A stretch of 64,000 nucleotides of DNA from an uncultured Phycisphaerales bacterium (GCA_963844715.1 CAWJPJ010000004.1:64001-128000), one strand, 5' to 3'. Shown: positions 1-11,403, numbered from the stretch's first letter. Numbers and translations: made by a program. Notes: generated from the sequence alone by a model not told the origin.

Positions 1-1199
1 ACTGGCGCACGGGCATTAACCGCATGGCCGAGGCGATGACGATTTTCGCGGTCGTTTGCGCCGGAATGTTCCCGGGCATTCACGTCGGCCGGCCCTGGCT
101 CGCATACTGGCTCTTTCCGCTGCCGAATCAGATGGAGATGTGGCCGCAGTTCAGGTCTCCGTTGCTTTGGGACGTTTTCGCCGTCGGAACTTATGCGACC
201 GTTTCGCTGCTCTTCTGGTACACGGGAATGGTGCCGGACATCGCGACGTTCCGCGACCGCGCCAAAACTCGGACCAAGCAGGTCATTTACGGCATTTTGT
301 CTCTCGGTTGGAATGGATCGAGCCGGCATTGGCACCGATATGAGCGGGCTTACCTGCTCCTGGCCGCCTTGGCGACGCCGCTGGTGTTGTCGGTGCACTC
401 GGTCGTCAGTTTCGATTTCGCGGTCGCGCAATTGCCCGGGTGGCATACGACGATCTTTCCGCCCTATTTCGTCGCCGGGGCGATCTTCGGCGGGTTCGCG
501 ATGGTGCTCTGCCTGGCCATCCCGGCTCGCGAGCTTTTCGGGCTTAAGGACATCATTACCAAGCGCCACCTTGAGAACATGGCCAAGATTCTTCTGGCCA
601 CCGGCATGATGGTCGGCTATGCCTACATGACCGAATTCTTCATCGCCGCTTACGGCGGCGATCCCCACGAGCAGTTCACGTTCCTCAATCGCGCTCTTGG
701 CCCCTATGGGTGGAGTTACTTCACGATGATCTTCTGCAACGTCATCGCGCCACAGTTGATGTGGTCGAAGAAATTGCGGACCAACGTGTGGGTGCTCTGG
801 ATCGTGGCAATGTTCGCCAACGCGGGGATGTGGTTCGAGCGATTTGTGATCATTGTGACGTCGCTGACGCGCGATTTCCTGCCGTCGAGCTGGCACAATT
901 ACTGGCCGACCTGGGTCGATCTGTGCACGCTGGCGGGAAGCTTTGGATTGTTCATGACGCTATTTTTGCTCTTCTGCCGCTATCTGCCGACCGTGGCGAT
1001 GGCGGAGGTGAAGACGGTGATGCCGCAGGCCGCACTCGCACGGCGGGCACACGGAAGACGAGCGGCGAACCGATTATCGCCCCGACGAGCACCACGATCC
1101 GGACCGCGACGCGCCCAGATTTGCCAACCGCTAGAAATGGCGGGAGTTTGTTATGTCGACACAAACACACGAACATCCCACGGAAACGGCAGCGGCTGA
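1..1199 (+). CDS. actC: Alternative complex III subunit ActC (NrfD/polysulfide reductase family), 5'-truncated by the window; true 3' end probably frameshifted
   Basis: NrfD-type motifs ([49 protein letters not shown]); followed by ActD/E/F-like genes. Confidence 0.9.
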   Translation, partial: WRTGINRMAEAMTIFAVVCAGMFPGIHVGRPWLAYWLFPLPNQMEMWPQFRSPLLWDVFAVGTYATVSLLFWYTGMVPDIATFRDRAKTRTKQVIYGILSLGWNGSSRHWHRYERAYLLLAALATPLVLSVHSVVSFDFAVAQLPGWHTTIFPPYFVAGAIFGGFAMVLCLAIPARELFGLKDIITKRHLENMAKILLATGMMVGYAYMTEFFIAAYGGDPHEQFTFLNRALGPYGWSYFTMIFCNVIAPQLMWSKKLRTNVWVLWIVAMFANAGMWFERFVIIVTSLTRDFLPSSWHNYWPTWVDLCTLAGSFGLFMTLFLLFCRYLPTVAMAEVKTVMPQAALARRAHGRRAANRLSPRRAPRSGPRRAQICQPLEMAGVCYVDTNTRTSHGNGSG

Positions 1200-1734
1200 A
1201 GTGCCGCCGCAACTGACCGGCGTCATCGCCGAGTTCACCACGGTGGACGAAGTCATCGGCGCGGCCCGGCGCGTGCGCGCGGCAGGGTACAAAATCTGGG
1301 ACGTGCACAGCCCGTTCCCGATTCACGGCATCGATGCGGTCATCGGCATCCGTCCGACCATTCTCCCCTGGATCGTTTTGTGCGGGGGATTGAGCGGTTT
1401 GGGCGGGGCGCTGCTGCTGCAGTGGTATTGCAACGCTTTTGATTATCCATTTCTCATCAGTGGAAAGCCTCTGTTCAGCTTGCCGGCGAATATTCCCATC
1501 ATTTTCGAGGGGACCGTTCTCTGTTCGGCGATCTCGGCGGTCGTCGGCATGTTCGCGCTCAACCGCCTGCCGCTGCTTTACAACCCGCTGTTCAAGAGCA
1601 AGCGTTTCCGGCGCGTGACCGACGACCGGTTTTTCATTTATATCGACGCCTCGGACGGGAGATTCGACGAAAAGGGGACCAGCGAATTTCTCTCGTCCCT
1701 GGGGGCGGCCGCCGTGGAGCGGATTGAAGACTGA
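1153..1734 (+). CDS. actD: Alternative complex III subunit ActD (DUF3341)
   Basis: [28 protein letters not shown] motifs, two TM helices, operon position. Confidence 0.88.
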   Translation: MSTQTHEHPTETAAAEVPPQLTGVIAEFTTVDEVIGAARRVRAAGYKIWDVHSPFPIHGIDAVIGIRPTILPWIVLCGGLSGLGGALLLQWYCNAFDYPFLISGKPLFSLPANIPIIFEGTVLCSAISAVVGMFALNRLPLLYNPLFKSKRFRRVTDDRFFIYIDASDGRFDEKGTSEFLSSLGAAAVERIED

Positions 1735-2527
1735 TGTCGGAACAGACGCCACATTCTCATGACGATCAGCTTCCCCTGGATGCGCCGGCCGAGCTGCCGA
1801 TTCCGCAGCTTCCGCGCCCGCCGTTCTGGATGGTTTCGCTGGCGGTGATTTCGGTGGTGGTCACTTGGCTCCCGCTGGCGCTGATCGCGCGGCGCGGGCG
1901 ACGCGTTCGACGGAGCCGCGCATCCAGATCATGCAGGATATGGGCGTGCAGCCAAAATATAAGGAGCAGGCGACCGATCCGATCTTTGCCGACGATCGGG
2001 CCATGCGTCCGAAGATTCCCGGCACGGTGGCGCGCGGCGAGCTGGACGAGGATGAGGCGTATTACCACGGTTTCACGCGGATTTACGACGCATCGAGCGG
2101 GGCATGGAAAGTGCAGTTTGCCGCCGACTTGCCCGCGCAATATACGGACACGCCGGAGCATCTCGAGAAACTCATCCGCCGGGGCCAGCAGCGATTTAAT
2201 ATTTATTGCTACGTGTGTCACGGGCTGGACGCATCGGGGCACGGCCCGGTCAACGAGCGAGCCATGGAATTGCAGACCAACGGCGTCGCCGGCATGAGTT
2301 GGACGCCGGCGGCGGTGCTGACCAGCGATCTCATCCGCGCCGAGCCGGACGGAAAAATATTCAATACCATCACCAACGGGATTCGCTCGATGCCGGCGTA
2401 TGGGCGCAGGTCCCCGTCGCCGATCGCTGGGCCATTATTTCGTATGTGCGGACGCTTCAGTTCAGCCAGAGATGCGCCCGAATCGGTGGTGCCGAAGGAC
2501 AAGTTGGACGCCCTTAAGGGACAATAA
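1734..2527 (+). CDS. actE: Alternative complex III monoheme cytochrome c subunit ActE (frameshifted near 1890 and ~2405)
   Basis: DMGVQPKYK, PGTVARG, CYVCH heme motif and ITNGIRSMP split over adjacent frames. Confidence 0.82.
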
Positions 2528-2532
2528 ATATC

Positions 2533-3786
2533 GTGTCGACGCATCCGTCCCATTCGTCAGAAGATTCCGAGCGGCTCAATCTGCGCGAGCATGCGTGGCC
2601 GCTTTATAGAACGGCAAACGTGTGCGCGTTCGTGGGGCTGATCGCGGCGGTGGCGCTGGGATACCACGACAATGTGCACAGTGGCCACTGGAGCCGGTTC
2701 CTCTATGCCTATCTCGTCTCGTTTATGTTCTTCCTGGCGATCGCGCTGGGCGGGCTGGCTTTTGTGATGATTCAGCAACTCGTCCGCGCGGGATGGAGCG
2801 TGAACGTGCGGCGAATGGCGGAATGGCTGGCATCGTCCATCCCGGTCCTGGCGGTTTTGTCGGCACCGATTTTGCTTTCGGTCGTCTTCACCAAGGGCGA
2901 TCTCTATCGCTGGGCGGGCGGCACCGTTGAAGGGGAGCCGCTCGTCGGGTTCAAGCGATTCTATTTGCAGCCGTGGTTTTTCATTTTCCGGGTCATCATT
3001 TATTTCGTGGTCTGGTCGATCCTGGGGACATGGTTCTGGAAGCAATCGACGAAGCAGGATCAGACCAGGGATTGGACCCTGACCCGGCGCATGTCCGCCG
3101 TGGCGGCGCCGGGGATGGTGCTGTACGCGATCACCGTGACGCTGGCATCGTTTGATTTTCTGATGAGCCTCGATCCGCACTGGTCGAGCACGATATTCGG
3201 GGTCTATTTCTTCGGCGACTGCATGATTTCGGTTTTTTGCGTGATGTCGCTCACGGCGCTGTTCCTGCAATCGCGCGGGTTTCTGCGGCAGAGCATTACC
3301 GTCGAGCATTACCAGGACCTGGGCAAATATCTCTTCGCCTTCACATTCTTCTGGGGCTATATCGCGTATAGCCAGTACATGCTTCAGTGGTATGGGAACA
3401 TGCCCGAAGAAACCGGGTGGTGGCGTTTGCGCGGGGCGACGACGGTTACCGCCGACGTGAACGCCTGGTCGGGGATTGTGTTGGCGCTGCTGTTCGGACA
3501 TCTGCTGATTCCGTTCGCCGGTCTGCTCTCCCGGCACGTGAAGCGCAGCCGCAAGGGGCTGGCATTTTTCGCGGTGTGGCAGCTCTGCTTTGTCTGGGTG
3601 GACATGTTTTTCCTGGCGATGCCGGAATTCAACGGACGGTTTCATTTGAGCTTGATCGACGTGGCGGCGTTTTTAGGCATCGGCGGGGTGTTTGTCTCCG
3701 TCGTGCTTCGCAAGGCGGCGCATGACGCGCTGCGGCCGCTGGCGGATCCGCGATTGGCGGATTCCCTGGAGTTCCAGAATATTTGA
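2533..3786 (+). CDS. actF: Alternative complex III subunit ActF
   Basis: Polytopic; MSLDPHWSSTIFG, DLGKYLFAFTFFWGYIAYSQYMLQWYGNMPEE motifs. Confidence 0.88.
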   Translation: MSTHPSHSSEDSERLNLREHAWPLYRTANVCAFVGLIAAVALGYHDNVHSGHWSRFLYAYLVSFMFFLAIALGGLAFVMIQQLVRAGWSVNVRRMAEWLASSIPVLAVLSAPILLSVVFTKGDLYRWAGGTVEGEPLVGFKRFYLQPWFFIFRVIIYFVVWSILGTWFWKQSTKQDQTRDWTLTRRMSAVAAPGMVLYAITVTLASFDFLMSLDPHWSSTIFGVYFFGDCMISVFCVMSLTALFLQSRGFLRQSITVEHYQDLGKYLFAFTFFWGYIAYSQYMLQWYGNMPEETGWWRLRGATTVTADVNAWSGIVLALLFGHLLIPFAGLLSRHVKRSRKGLAFFAVWQLCFVWVDMFFLAMPEFNGRFHLSLIDVAAFLGIGGVFVSVVLRKAAHDALRPLADPRLADSLEFQNI

Positions 3787-3796
3787 GGTAACGCTC

Positions 3797-4105
3797 GTGG
3801 CCTTCAAACAGGAAGTGAATGTTCCCCTGATCGTCACCATCGGCGTGATTTCGTGCATTCTCGTCGTCGTTTTGATCGTCGGCACGGAAGCCTGGTACGA
3901 CAGCGAGGCCCAGGCGGAATTCGATTACGAGGCCGGTCAATATCCCAATAACAGCTTGTTGAGTCTCAAAGCCGGGCAAATGGCGAACATCAATTCGTAT
4001 CATTGGGTCGATCAAAAGAAGGGGATCGTGGCGATCCCGGTTGAAGACGCAATTAAGGTCATGGTTCAAACGGGCGGACATCCGCCCAGCGTGGATAAGC
4101 AGTGA
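3797..4105 (+). CDS. Small single-TM protein, ActG-like
   Basis: GTG start; N-terminal TM; C-terminal YHWVDQKKGIVAIPVEDAI resembles ActG; lies between actF and SCO. Confidence 0.6.
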   Translation: MAFKQEVNVPLIVTIGVISCILVVVLIVGTEAWYDSEAQAEFDYEAGQYPNNSLLSLKAGQMANINSYHWVDQKKGIVAIPVEDAIKVMVQTGGHPPSVDKQ

Positions 4106-4920
4106 TGCGGCGTGTGCTGACCATCCTGGTACTTGTGCTCTCGACTGCAATGTGGGCCCGCGCGGACGCCACGGGGCAATCCGTCGCGCCCCAGCAGTAT
4201 CGCAATGCCGGCGTCGATGAACATCCCAACGCCCAGGTTCCCACTGATCTGGTTTTTTATGACGAGCGCGGCCAGCAGGTCCAGCTTGGGAGCTATTTCC
4301 AGGTCGGGCGGCCGATCATCTTGCAGCTTGGATATTTCGATTGTCCGAAACTTTGCGATGTGATCTCCCGCGACCTGGTCGATACCATCAAGCAAATCGA
4401 TCTCGTCGGCGGGAAGGATTTCGTTTATCTCTTTGTCAGCATCAATCCGGCTGAGTCGCCGAATCTGGCGGCCGTGAAACGGGAGAGCTATCTCGAACAA
4501 TACGGAAAACCCGGGCAGGGGGACGGATTCCATTTCCTGGTCGGCGAGCCGAAGAATATCACGGCTCTCGCGGACGCTGTCGGGTTCCGCTACAACGAAG
4601 TGGACGTTCCGGGCGAATATGCCCACCCGGCGGTGCTGTTCGCCCTGACGCCGGACGGGAAAATCTCCCGATATCTGTATGGCGTCAGCGTTCCGCCGGA
4701 GACGCTGCGGCTCACGCTCGTCGAGGCTTCGCAGGGCAAGATCGGAACTTCATTCGATCGTCTGGCTTTGATGTTCTGCTGTTACGACATCAGCACGGGA
4801 AAATATTCGCTGATGGCGTTTCGCCTGATGCAGGTGGCGTCGGTGTTCACGGTTGCGATCCTGGGCGGGTCGATGCTCTGGATGTTCAGGCACGGCCCGC
4901 GCCGCAGGCCGGCCATTTAA
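4102..4920 (+). CDS. SCO/SenC family copper chaperone
   Basis: Signal peptide, CPKLC (CxxxC), conserved His (YAHP), C-terminal TM. Confidence 0.88.
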   Translation: MMRRVLTILVLVLSTAMWARADATGQSVAPQQYRNAGVDEHPNAQVPTDLVFYDERGQQVQLGSYFQVGRPIILQLGYFDCPKLCDVISRDLVDTIKQIDLVGGKDFVYLFVSINPAESPNLAAVKRESYLEQYGKPGQGDGFHFLVGEPKNITALADAVGFRYNEVDVPGEYAHPAVLFALTPDGKISRYLYGVSVPPETLRLTLVEASQGKIGTSFDRLALMFCCYDISTGKYSLMAFRLMQVASVFTVAILGGSMLWMFRHGPRRRPAI

Positions 4921-4938
4921 GGGAAGAAAATAGCGATC

Positions 4939-5955
4939 ATGTTGTCGAGTTTGAACATTCTGGCGGATCAAGGCGGATCGTTCTGGATGCCCCCGTCGGC
5001 ATCCACCATTGCGCCCGACGTGGATTGGCTGTTCGATTTTATCATGGCGATCTGCGTCTTCTTCTTCATCCTGATCTTCGTTCTGCTCGTCGTCTTCGCC
5101 TGGAAATACCGCTATCGGGAGGGCGCCCCGGAAGATCGGGGGCCCAAGCACAACACGGCCCTGGAATTGACTTGGACTTTTATCCCCACCGTCATCGTCA
5201 TCGTGATCTTCTTCTACGGGTTCAAAGGGTTCGTTCAGATGGCGATCATCCCGCAGAACAATTACGAGATTGACGTGTCGGCGCGGATGTGGTCGTACAC
5301 GTTCCGCTATCCGACCGGCCACGTCGATAACGTCCTTCACATCCCGGCCGAGACGCCCGTCCAGCTTGTCTTGAACAGCGACGACGTCATCCACGGCTTT
5401 TACATCCCGGCCTTCCGCATCAAGAAGGACGACGTCCCGGGCCGCTACAACAGAATTTGGATCATTGCCGACAAGGTCGATATGGGTAAACCCCAGACCT
5501 ACGACATCTTTTGCACTCAGTTCTGCGGGCAGGGGCACTCGACGATGCGGTCTCACGTCGTCGTGCACAGTCCCGACGACTTCAACGCCTGGCTGAAGAC
5601 CGCCGACATCTTCGTCGGCACGCCCGCCGAGGCGGGCAAGCACATCTGGGAAACCCGCGGGTGTAACCAGTGCCATACCATCGACGGCTCCGCCGGCCGC
5701 GGGCCGACCTGGAAAGACGTCTTCGGCTCCGAGGTCGTCACCCAGAAAGACGGCACGCTGCTGGCCGACGAAAACTATATCCATACCGTCATCACGCAGC
5801 CGAATATCCATCCCCTGCCCGGATTCGACCCGATTATGCCGCCCACCCAGGGGCTTTTGACCGAAAAAGATGTGGACAACGTGATCGCGTTCCTTAAGAG
5901 TTTGAGCGTGCACTATCATCCGATCGTGCCGACGAGTGCACCCGGAAAGAAGTAG
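4939..5955 (+). CDS. ctaC: Cytochrome c oxidase subunit II with fused cytochrome c (caa3 type)
   Basis: LELTWT, DVIHGF, CuA motif CTQFCGQGHSTM, C-terminal CNQCH. Confidence 0.93.
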   Translation: MLSSLNILADQGGSFWMPPSASTIAPDVDWLFDFIMAICVFFFILIFVLLVVFAWKYRYREGAPEDRGPKHNTALELTWTFIPTVIVIVIFFYGFKGFVQMAIIPQNNYEIDVSARMWSYTFRYPTGHVDNVLHIPAETPVQLVLNSDDVIHGFYIPAFRIKKDDVPGRYNRIWIIADKVDMGKPQTYDIFCTQFCGQGHSTMRSHVVVHSPDDFNAWLKTADIFVGTPAEAGKHIWETRGCNQCHTIDGSAGRGPTWKDVFGSEVVTQKDGTLLADENYIHTVITQPNIHPLPGFDPIMPPTQGLLTEKDVDNVIAFLKSLSVHYHPIVPTSAPGKK

Positions 5956-6004
5956 TCTGGCGAAGCAGGCCAGGCAAGCAGTCTTGGCCGATTGGGAGTG
6001 TCGT

Positions 6005-7729
6005 ATGTCAGAAGATAATTATCTCACGCATCAGCGCGGGTTCATGAGCTGGGCCTTTTCGCTGGATCACAAGCGGATCGGCCTGATGTACATGGCGATG
6101 GTCATGAGCGCCTTTCTCCTCGGCGGGATTTTCGCGATCACCCTGCGCACGTTCCTCTGGAACAACGACGGGCGGATGTTCAATTTCTTCAAGGATCCGA
6201 ACCAGGGGATGTTGTTCTATAACAACATGTTCACGCCTCCACGGGGCGGTGATGGTGTTCATGTTCATGATCCCGGCGATTCCGGCGATCCTGGGAAATT
6301 TCGTACTGCCGATGATGCTGGGGGCGAAAGACGTCGCGTTTCCGCGTCTCAATCTGCTGAGCCTGTGGATTTATGCCACTGGGGCGTGTTTCTTCACTTA
6401 CGTCCTTCTTGGCGGCGTATTGCGGGCCGCGTTCGGCTGGCACATCCCCGGCGGCTTCGGTCTGGATACCGGATGGACTTTCTATACGCCCTACAGCACG
6501 GCCCACGCCGAAGACGGCGTCGATTCCCGCCACGCTCGGGGCATTCGTCCTCGGCTTCAGCTCGATTCTCACCGGCGTGAATTTCATCACCACGATCCAT
6601 ACGCTTCGCCCCAAGGGGATGACCTGGTTCCGAATGCCGCTCTGTTCCTCTGGGCGATGTACGCCACGAGCTCATTCAGATCCTCGCGACTCCCGTGCTG
6701 GCGATCACGCTTCTGCTGCTCGTCGCCGAGCGGACCATGCACATCGGCATCTTCGACCCTGCTGCTCGGCGGCGATCCCGTTCTCTATCAGCACTTTTTC
6801 TGGTTCTACTCCCACCCGGCCGTCTACATCATGATTCTGCCGGCGATGGGCGTCATCAGCGAAGTCATTCGCGATTCACAGCCGCAAGCATATCTTCGGG
6901 TACAACTTCATCGCCGCTCAGCTCGATCGCCTTGGCGCTGCTGGGCTTCCTGGTCTGGGGCCATCATCTCTTCGCCAGCGGGCAGAGCAATCTGGGCAAC
7001 TCAATCTTCAGCCTGCTCACCTTCAGCGTGGCGATTCCCTCGGCGGTCAAGGTCTTCAACTGGCTCGGGACGCTCTACAAAGGCTCGATCCGCTTCACTA
7101 CGCCGATGCTCGCCGCGATGGGGTTCATTCTGCTCTTCACCATCGGCGGGCTCACCGGCCTGTTCCTGGGCGCGCTGATGACGGACATCCCCCTGCACGA
7201 CACCTATTTCGTCGTCGCCCATTTCCATTATGTGATGATGGGCAGCATCGCTCTTCGCGTTCCTGGCCGGGATGTATCACTGGTTCCCCAAGATGTCCGG
7301 CAAGATGTACAACGAAAAGGTCGGCGCGGTTCGCGGCGATTCTCGTCTTCATCGGGTTTAACCTGACTTTCTTCCCGCAGTTCATCATGGGTTCGCACGG
7401 CAGCCCCGCCGCTGGGCGACTTACCCGATCGAATTCCAGCCTTACCACCGCATGTCGACCATCGGCGCGTACATCATGGCGACCGGGTTCTTCATGGTCG
7501 GATTCAACTGGTTTTTCGCCGTGCTCGTGGGGCCGCAAGGCCGCCGCCAATCCCTGGGGCGGAAATTCGCTGGAATGGCAGACGCCGTCCCCGCCGCCGT
7601 ACGACAACTTTGCCGTCCCCCCGTGGCGGACGATCCGTACAACCTCGGGCGCCTGGATATACGATCCGGCGATTGAAGGCTGGGTCAAAAAACCACAACC
7701 GTCCCAGCCCGTCCCTGGTCACCCACTAG
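6005..7729 (+). CDS. ctaD: Cytochrome c oxidase subunit I, A2 type (several frameshifts, likely sequencing errors; 3' end approximate)
   Basis: [48 protein letters not shown] and [10 protein letters not shown] found across frames. Confidence 0.9.
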
Positions 7730-7741
7730 GAAGCAGTACCC

Positions 7742-8659
7742 ATGACTTCGGCAACCACGGCTGTACCGTCCGAATCCGAGGGCCATGCCCATCCGCCCTT
7801 CCTCGCGCATCACTTTGATACGCCCGAGCAGCAGTATTTCTCCGCCAAGCTCGGCATGTGGGTCTTCCTCGGCACGGAAATCCTCATGTTCGGCGGGCTC
7901 TTCTGCGCCTATTCCGTCTTCCGGCACAATCACCCGGCGGTGTTCGCCTTCGCGGCTGAGGCGTATCTCAATACGTCGCTGGGGGCTCTCAATACCGTCA
8001 TCCTCATCACCAGCAGCCTCACGATGGCGTGGGGCGTGCGGGCCGCGCAATTGAACCAGCGGAGAACGCTGATCGTCTGCCTGATCCTCACCCTGCTGGG
8101 GGCCGCCGGCTTCATGGTCGTCAAATCGATCGAATACAGCGCCAAGTGGAAGGAAGACGTTTGGATCGGGCAGTGGAACAAATACAACGCCGATTACCGC
8201 GGGGAAACCGGGGACCTGCCGGCTCAGGTTCAAAGCGGGGGTGCGCCCGTCACGGCTGCCGCGTCGTCTCCGACTTTTGACGCCAATACGCCGGCGGACG
8301 TGAGCAAAATTCAGCCTCGCTTTAGCGGGCCCACGGGCCTCGCCGGCCTGACCGCCGCCGCGCCGACTCGTGCGGAAGTCCGCGGCAACGACGAACTCAT
8401 CGACGCCCGCTACCGCGAACTCATCCCCAAGGACCAGTGGCGGGTCAGCACGTTCTTCAGCCTCTATTTCCTCATGACCGGCCTGCACGGCATCCACGTG
8501 CTGGTCGGGATGGCGCTGATCTCCTGGCTGCTGTACAGGTCCGTCCGGGGCGATTTCAGTTCGCAGTGGTATACGCCGGTCGATCTGATCGGGCTTTACT
8601 GGCACCTGGTCGACCTGATCTGGATTTTCCTCTTCCCCTTGCTCTACCTGATCCATTAA
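7742..8659 (+). CDS. ctaE: Cytochrome c oxidase subunit III with an inserted extramembrane loop
   Basis: [45 protein letters not shown]. Confidence 0.92.
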   Translation: MTSATTAVPSESEGHAHPPFLAHHFDTPEQQYFSAKLGMWVFLGTEILMFGGLFCAYSVFRHNHPAVFAFAAEAYLNTSLGALNTVILITSSLTMAWGVRAAQLNQRRTLIVCLILTLLGAAGFMVVKSIEYSAKWKEDVWIGQWNKYNADYRGETGDLPAQVQSGGAPVTAAASSPTFDANTPADVSKIQPRFSGPTGLAGLTAAAPTRAEVRGNDELIDARYRELIPKDQWRVSTFFSLYFLMTGLHGIHVLVGMALISWLLYRSVRGDFSSQWYTPVDLIGLYWHLVDLIWIFLFPLLYLIH

Positions 8660-8745
8660 ATAGACGAGGAACCGAAATAGACGAGGAACCGACATAGACG
8701 AGGAACCGACATAGACGAGGAACCGACATAGACGAGGAAGCGATC
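8660..8745 (+). repeat. 17-bp tandem repeat ATAGACGAGGAACCGAC, ~5 copies, filling the whole ctaE-ctaF spacer
   Basis: Copies start at 8660, 8677, 8694, 8711, with a variant at 8728 ending at the ATG at 8746. Confidence 0.95.
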
Positions 8746-9120
8746 ATGAGTTCAGAATCTCACGCCAGTGCCCATGCGAGCGGCTCCCACTCGGGCGACG
8801 CCCATCCGATCGGCCACGTCACCTCCGTGCGCCTGCTCCTGACGATCTATTTCATTCTGATCGTCTGCACCATCCTCACCTATTCGGTTTCCCGCATAGA
8901 CCTGGGCCAATTCAACATCTGGGCCGCCCTGGCTATCGCGGTGTTCAAGGCTTCGCTTGTCGTGCTTTATTTCATGCACCTTCGCTGGGATAGCCCGTTT
9001 AATGCGCTGGCCATCATCACCGCCCTGATTTTCGTGGGATTATTCATCGGCCTGGCGTTGCTGGACTCGATGTCGTATCAGCCGCTGCTGAAGTCGACGC
9101 CGACGGCGCTGGGGCCGTGA
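8746..9120 (+). CDS. ctaF: Cytochrome c oxidase subunit IV
   Basis: Three TM helices, KASLVVLYFMHLRWD motif. Confidence 0.88.
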   Translation: MSSESHASAHASGSHSGDAHPIGHVTSVRLLLTIYFILIVCTILTYSVSRIDLGQFNIWAALAIAVFKASLVVLYFMHLRWDSPFNALAIITALIFVGLFIGLALLDSMSYQPLLKSTPTALGP

Positions 9121-9243
9121 ATCTCCCCGCTGGGGGCCCCGCAGGACGCGGCAAATGTCCCGCGCAGCGGAAATTGCGGCTACGTCTTTTTTCCCGGGTC
9201 CCCGCTGTGCGGGGGGATTGGGCTCCCGCGTGGCGGGGAAATC

Positions 9244-9846
9244 ATGATTTTGACCAAGAGTAACAACCAGTACGACACGCCGCGCTCGCGAAGCGCCAGG
9301 GCGATCGGCATCTGGCTGTTTCTGGCCTCGCTGACCATGCTGTTTATCGCGGGGATGGTTCTTTATGTGCTGCTGCGGTTGCACGTTTACGGGAATGCCG
9401 TGCCGGGGGCGATTCATTTGCCGGCGGCTTTGTGGGCGAGCACGGGTCTGCTGCTGGCCGCCAGCGCGGCGATTCACCGGGCGCTGGTGAACGTGCGGCG
9501 GGAGCGGATCGGGCGGTTTCAAACTTATCTGCTCGTCACGTGCGTGCTCGCGGTTGCGTTTGTGTGCGTGCAGGCGCCGAGCCTGGCGAAGATTCTTGCG
9601 GCTCATCGGGCCCAGAACCCCAATGGGTTTCGCATGTATGGGCTGGTGTTCTGTTTGATCGCGCTGCATGCGCTGCATGTCATTGGGGGGATGGTGGCGC
9701 TGGGGGTTGTGATGACCCGAGCGAAGCTCGGCAAATATGATCATGAGAACTTTTATGGGGTGAAGTATGCCGCGGTTTATTGGCATTTTTTGGATATTGT
9801 TTGGATTGTGATGTTTGCAACATTTCTTTTGACGAGCGGCAGTTAG
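9244..9846 (+). CDS. Second heme-copper oxidase subunit III family protein
   Basis: GIWLFLASLTMLF, LHALHVIGG, YWHFLDIVW. Confidence 0.85.
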   Translation: MILTKSNNQYDTPRSRSARAIGIWLFLASLTMLFIAGMVLYVLLRLHVYGNAVPGAIHLPAALWASTGLLLAASAAIHRALVNVRRERIGRFQTYLLVTCVLAVAFVCVQAPSLAKILAAHRAQNPNGFRMYGLVFCLIALHALHVIGGMVALGVVMTRAKLGKYDHENFYGVKYAAVYWHFLDIVWIVMFATFLLTSGS

Positions 9847-9847
9847 A

Positions 9848-9868
9848 GTTGCCAGTTGCCAGTTGCCA
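9848..9868 (+). repeat. GTTGCCA heptamer x3 directly after a stop codon
   Basis: Read directly; same unit at 12661-12681 (reverse), 29328-29355 and 38024-38099. Confidence 0.85.
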
Positions 9869-10300
9869 GGGATTCTCCGAACATTCTGTTCGGAGGCCTG
9901 GGAAAGAAAAAAAGAAAATACATGTGAGAAAAAGGGCGGCCCTTCGACTTTGCTCAGGGGAGCGGGCGAAAGTCGAGTTGTGGGGATTTGTGGGGGAAGT
10001 TGTTGGGGGGATTGGGGTTGGGGCGTCTGTTTTATGTTTAATAAACAGTTGCCGGTTGGCCGCCGCGGCGGCCCTTCGGATCGTTGCCAGTTGCTAGAGG
10101 GGAGGAGATGGCTTTTTTCGGCTTGAAACGGCGATCGATTCTCATATTTAAGAAAATAGATATTGGTATAGCAAGAAACTTTTATTTTTTGTGCTGCTCG
10201 CAAGCCGTGGCGCGGCAGGGGCTTAAAAGCTCGTCTCGGGGAAATGAACATATGGATTTTTTTGAAAACCTTCAGGTTTGTCGCCCCGTAATAGGGGCGA

Positions 10301-10458
10301 GTGTGAAGGGGTGGAGGTGTGAAAGTGTGAAGGGGTGGAGGTGTGAAAGTGTGAAGGTGTGAAACGTGTGAAGGTGTGAAACGTGTGAAGGTGTGAAACG
10401 TGTGAAGGTGTGAAACGTGTGAAGGTGTGAAACGTGTGAAGGTGTGAAACGTGTGAAG
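10301..10458 (+). repeat. GTGTGAA-core tandem repeat, including 6 perfect copies of GTGTGAAACGTGTGAAG (10357-10458)
   Basis: Counted directly; related core at 15211-15300. Confidence 0.95.
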
Positions 10459-10568
10459 GTGTACTCCAAGCGTTCGCTTGGAGGCCTAAGAAAAATAGCT
10501 CTCCATGCGTTCGCTTGGAGTCCTGATGCAGAAGGGTCGCCGGTGCGGCGACGGAAAGGAAAGGCGTT

Positions 10569-11327
10569 ATGACACAGGAAGAGGAAGACGAAATCTTGGA
10601 GAAGGCGCGACATCCTCAGGGGCCGGAGGGGTATGGGGAGATGGGGCTGGATGTTTATTGGAAGATTTTGGAGACGATTCTTCCGCCGGGGAATTCGCTT
10701 TGGGGCGGATGGGCTGTGGATGCGGAAGCGGTGATCAAGGAACTTGGGGCTCGGGATGGGATCGAGAAGCTGATGCTGGATCAAATTCTCTGGCTGCATG
10801 GGAGACTGGCGCGGTTGACGCTGCTGTCTTGCAGGCGGAAGAAGCTGGAGGAGGCGGAGGGGTATCACGCCGCGGCCGATCGGCTGACGGATACGCTGCG
10901 GCGGCATATGGCGGCGTTTGCGAGCTATCGGTATCCGGAGAGAAAGCGGTTTGTGGCTGTGAATCGGGCGAATATTGCGGAGCAGCAGATTGTGATCGAC
11001 GGGCGCAATAAGCGCGGTCGACCGCGACTAGGCACTAGAAACTTGAAACTAGAAACTAGAGGGGGAATGGAGTTGCCCGTTCGACAGGCTCAGGGCGGGC
11101 CAGTTCGACAAGGTCAGGGCGGCCCTTCGGCTGGTTGCCCGTTGCCAGTGGGGGCATCGCGGAATTCCGAAGACTTGAAGCTAGAGGCTGGTCTAGATAC
11201 TAGAGGCTTGAAGCTTGAAGCTAGAAGGGGAGAGGAGTTGCCTCTTCGACGGTGCTCAGAGCAGGCCCCTTCGACAGGCTCAGGGCGGGGCGCGTCTGGA
11301 CGCCGGAGGCTAGAAGTTGGAAGCTAG
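10569..11327 (+). CDS. Hypothetical helical protein; the 3' part (after ~11010) reads through repeats
   Basis: GAAAGG RBS; first ~145 aa look protein-like (DGIEKLMLDQI...RLTDTLRR...VNRANIAEQQIV) and resemble mobile-element-associated hypotheticals; tail is translated repeat DNA (LKLEAR, PSTGSG). Confidence 0.55.
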   Translation: MTQEEEDEILEKARHPQGPEGYGEMGLDVYWKILETILPPGNSLWGGWAVDAEAVIKELGARDGIEKLMLDQILWLHGRLARLTLLSCRRKKLEEAEGYHAAADRLTDTLRRHMAAFASYRYPERKRFVAVNRANIAEQQIVIDGRNKRGRPRLGTRNLKLETRGGMELPVRQAQGGPVRQGQGGPSAGCPLPVGASRNSEDLKLEAGLDTRGLKLEARRGEELPLRRCSEQAPSTGSGRGASGRRRLEVGS

Positions 11328-11403
11328 GACGGGGAATTTTTGGGAAATCATTTTTTGGTTTTTGGGGGGGCGAGGCGTCGGTCTACCGGATTTGTAATAA
11401 CAG

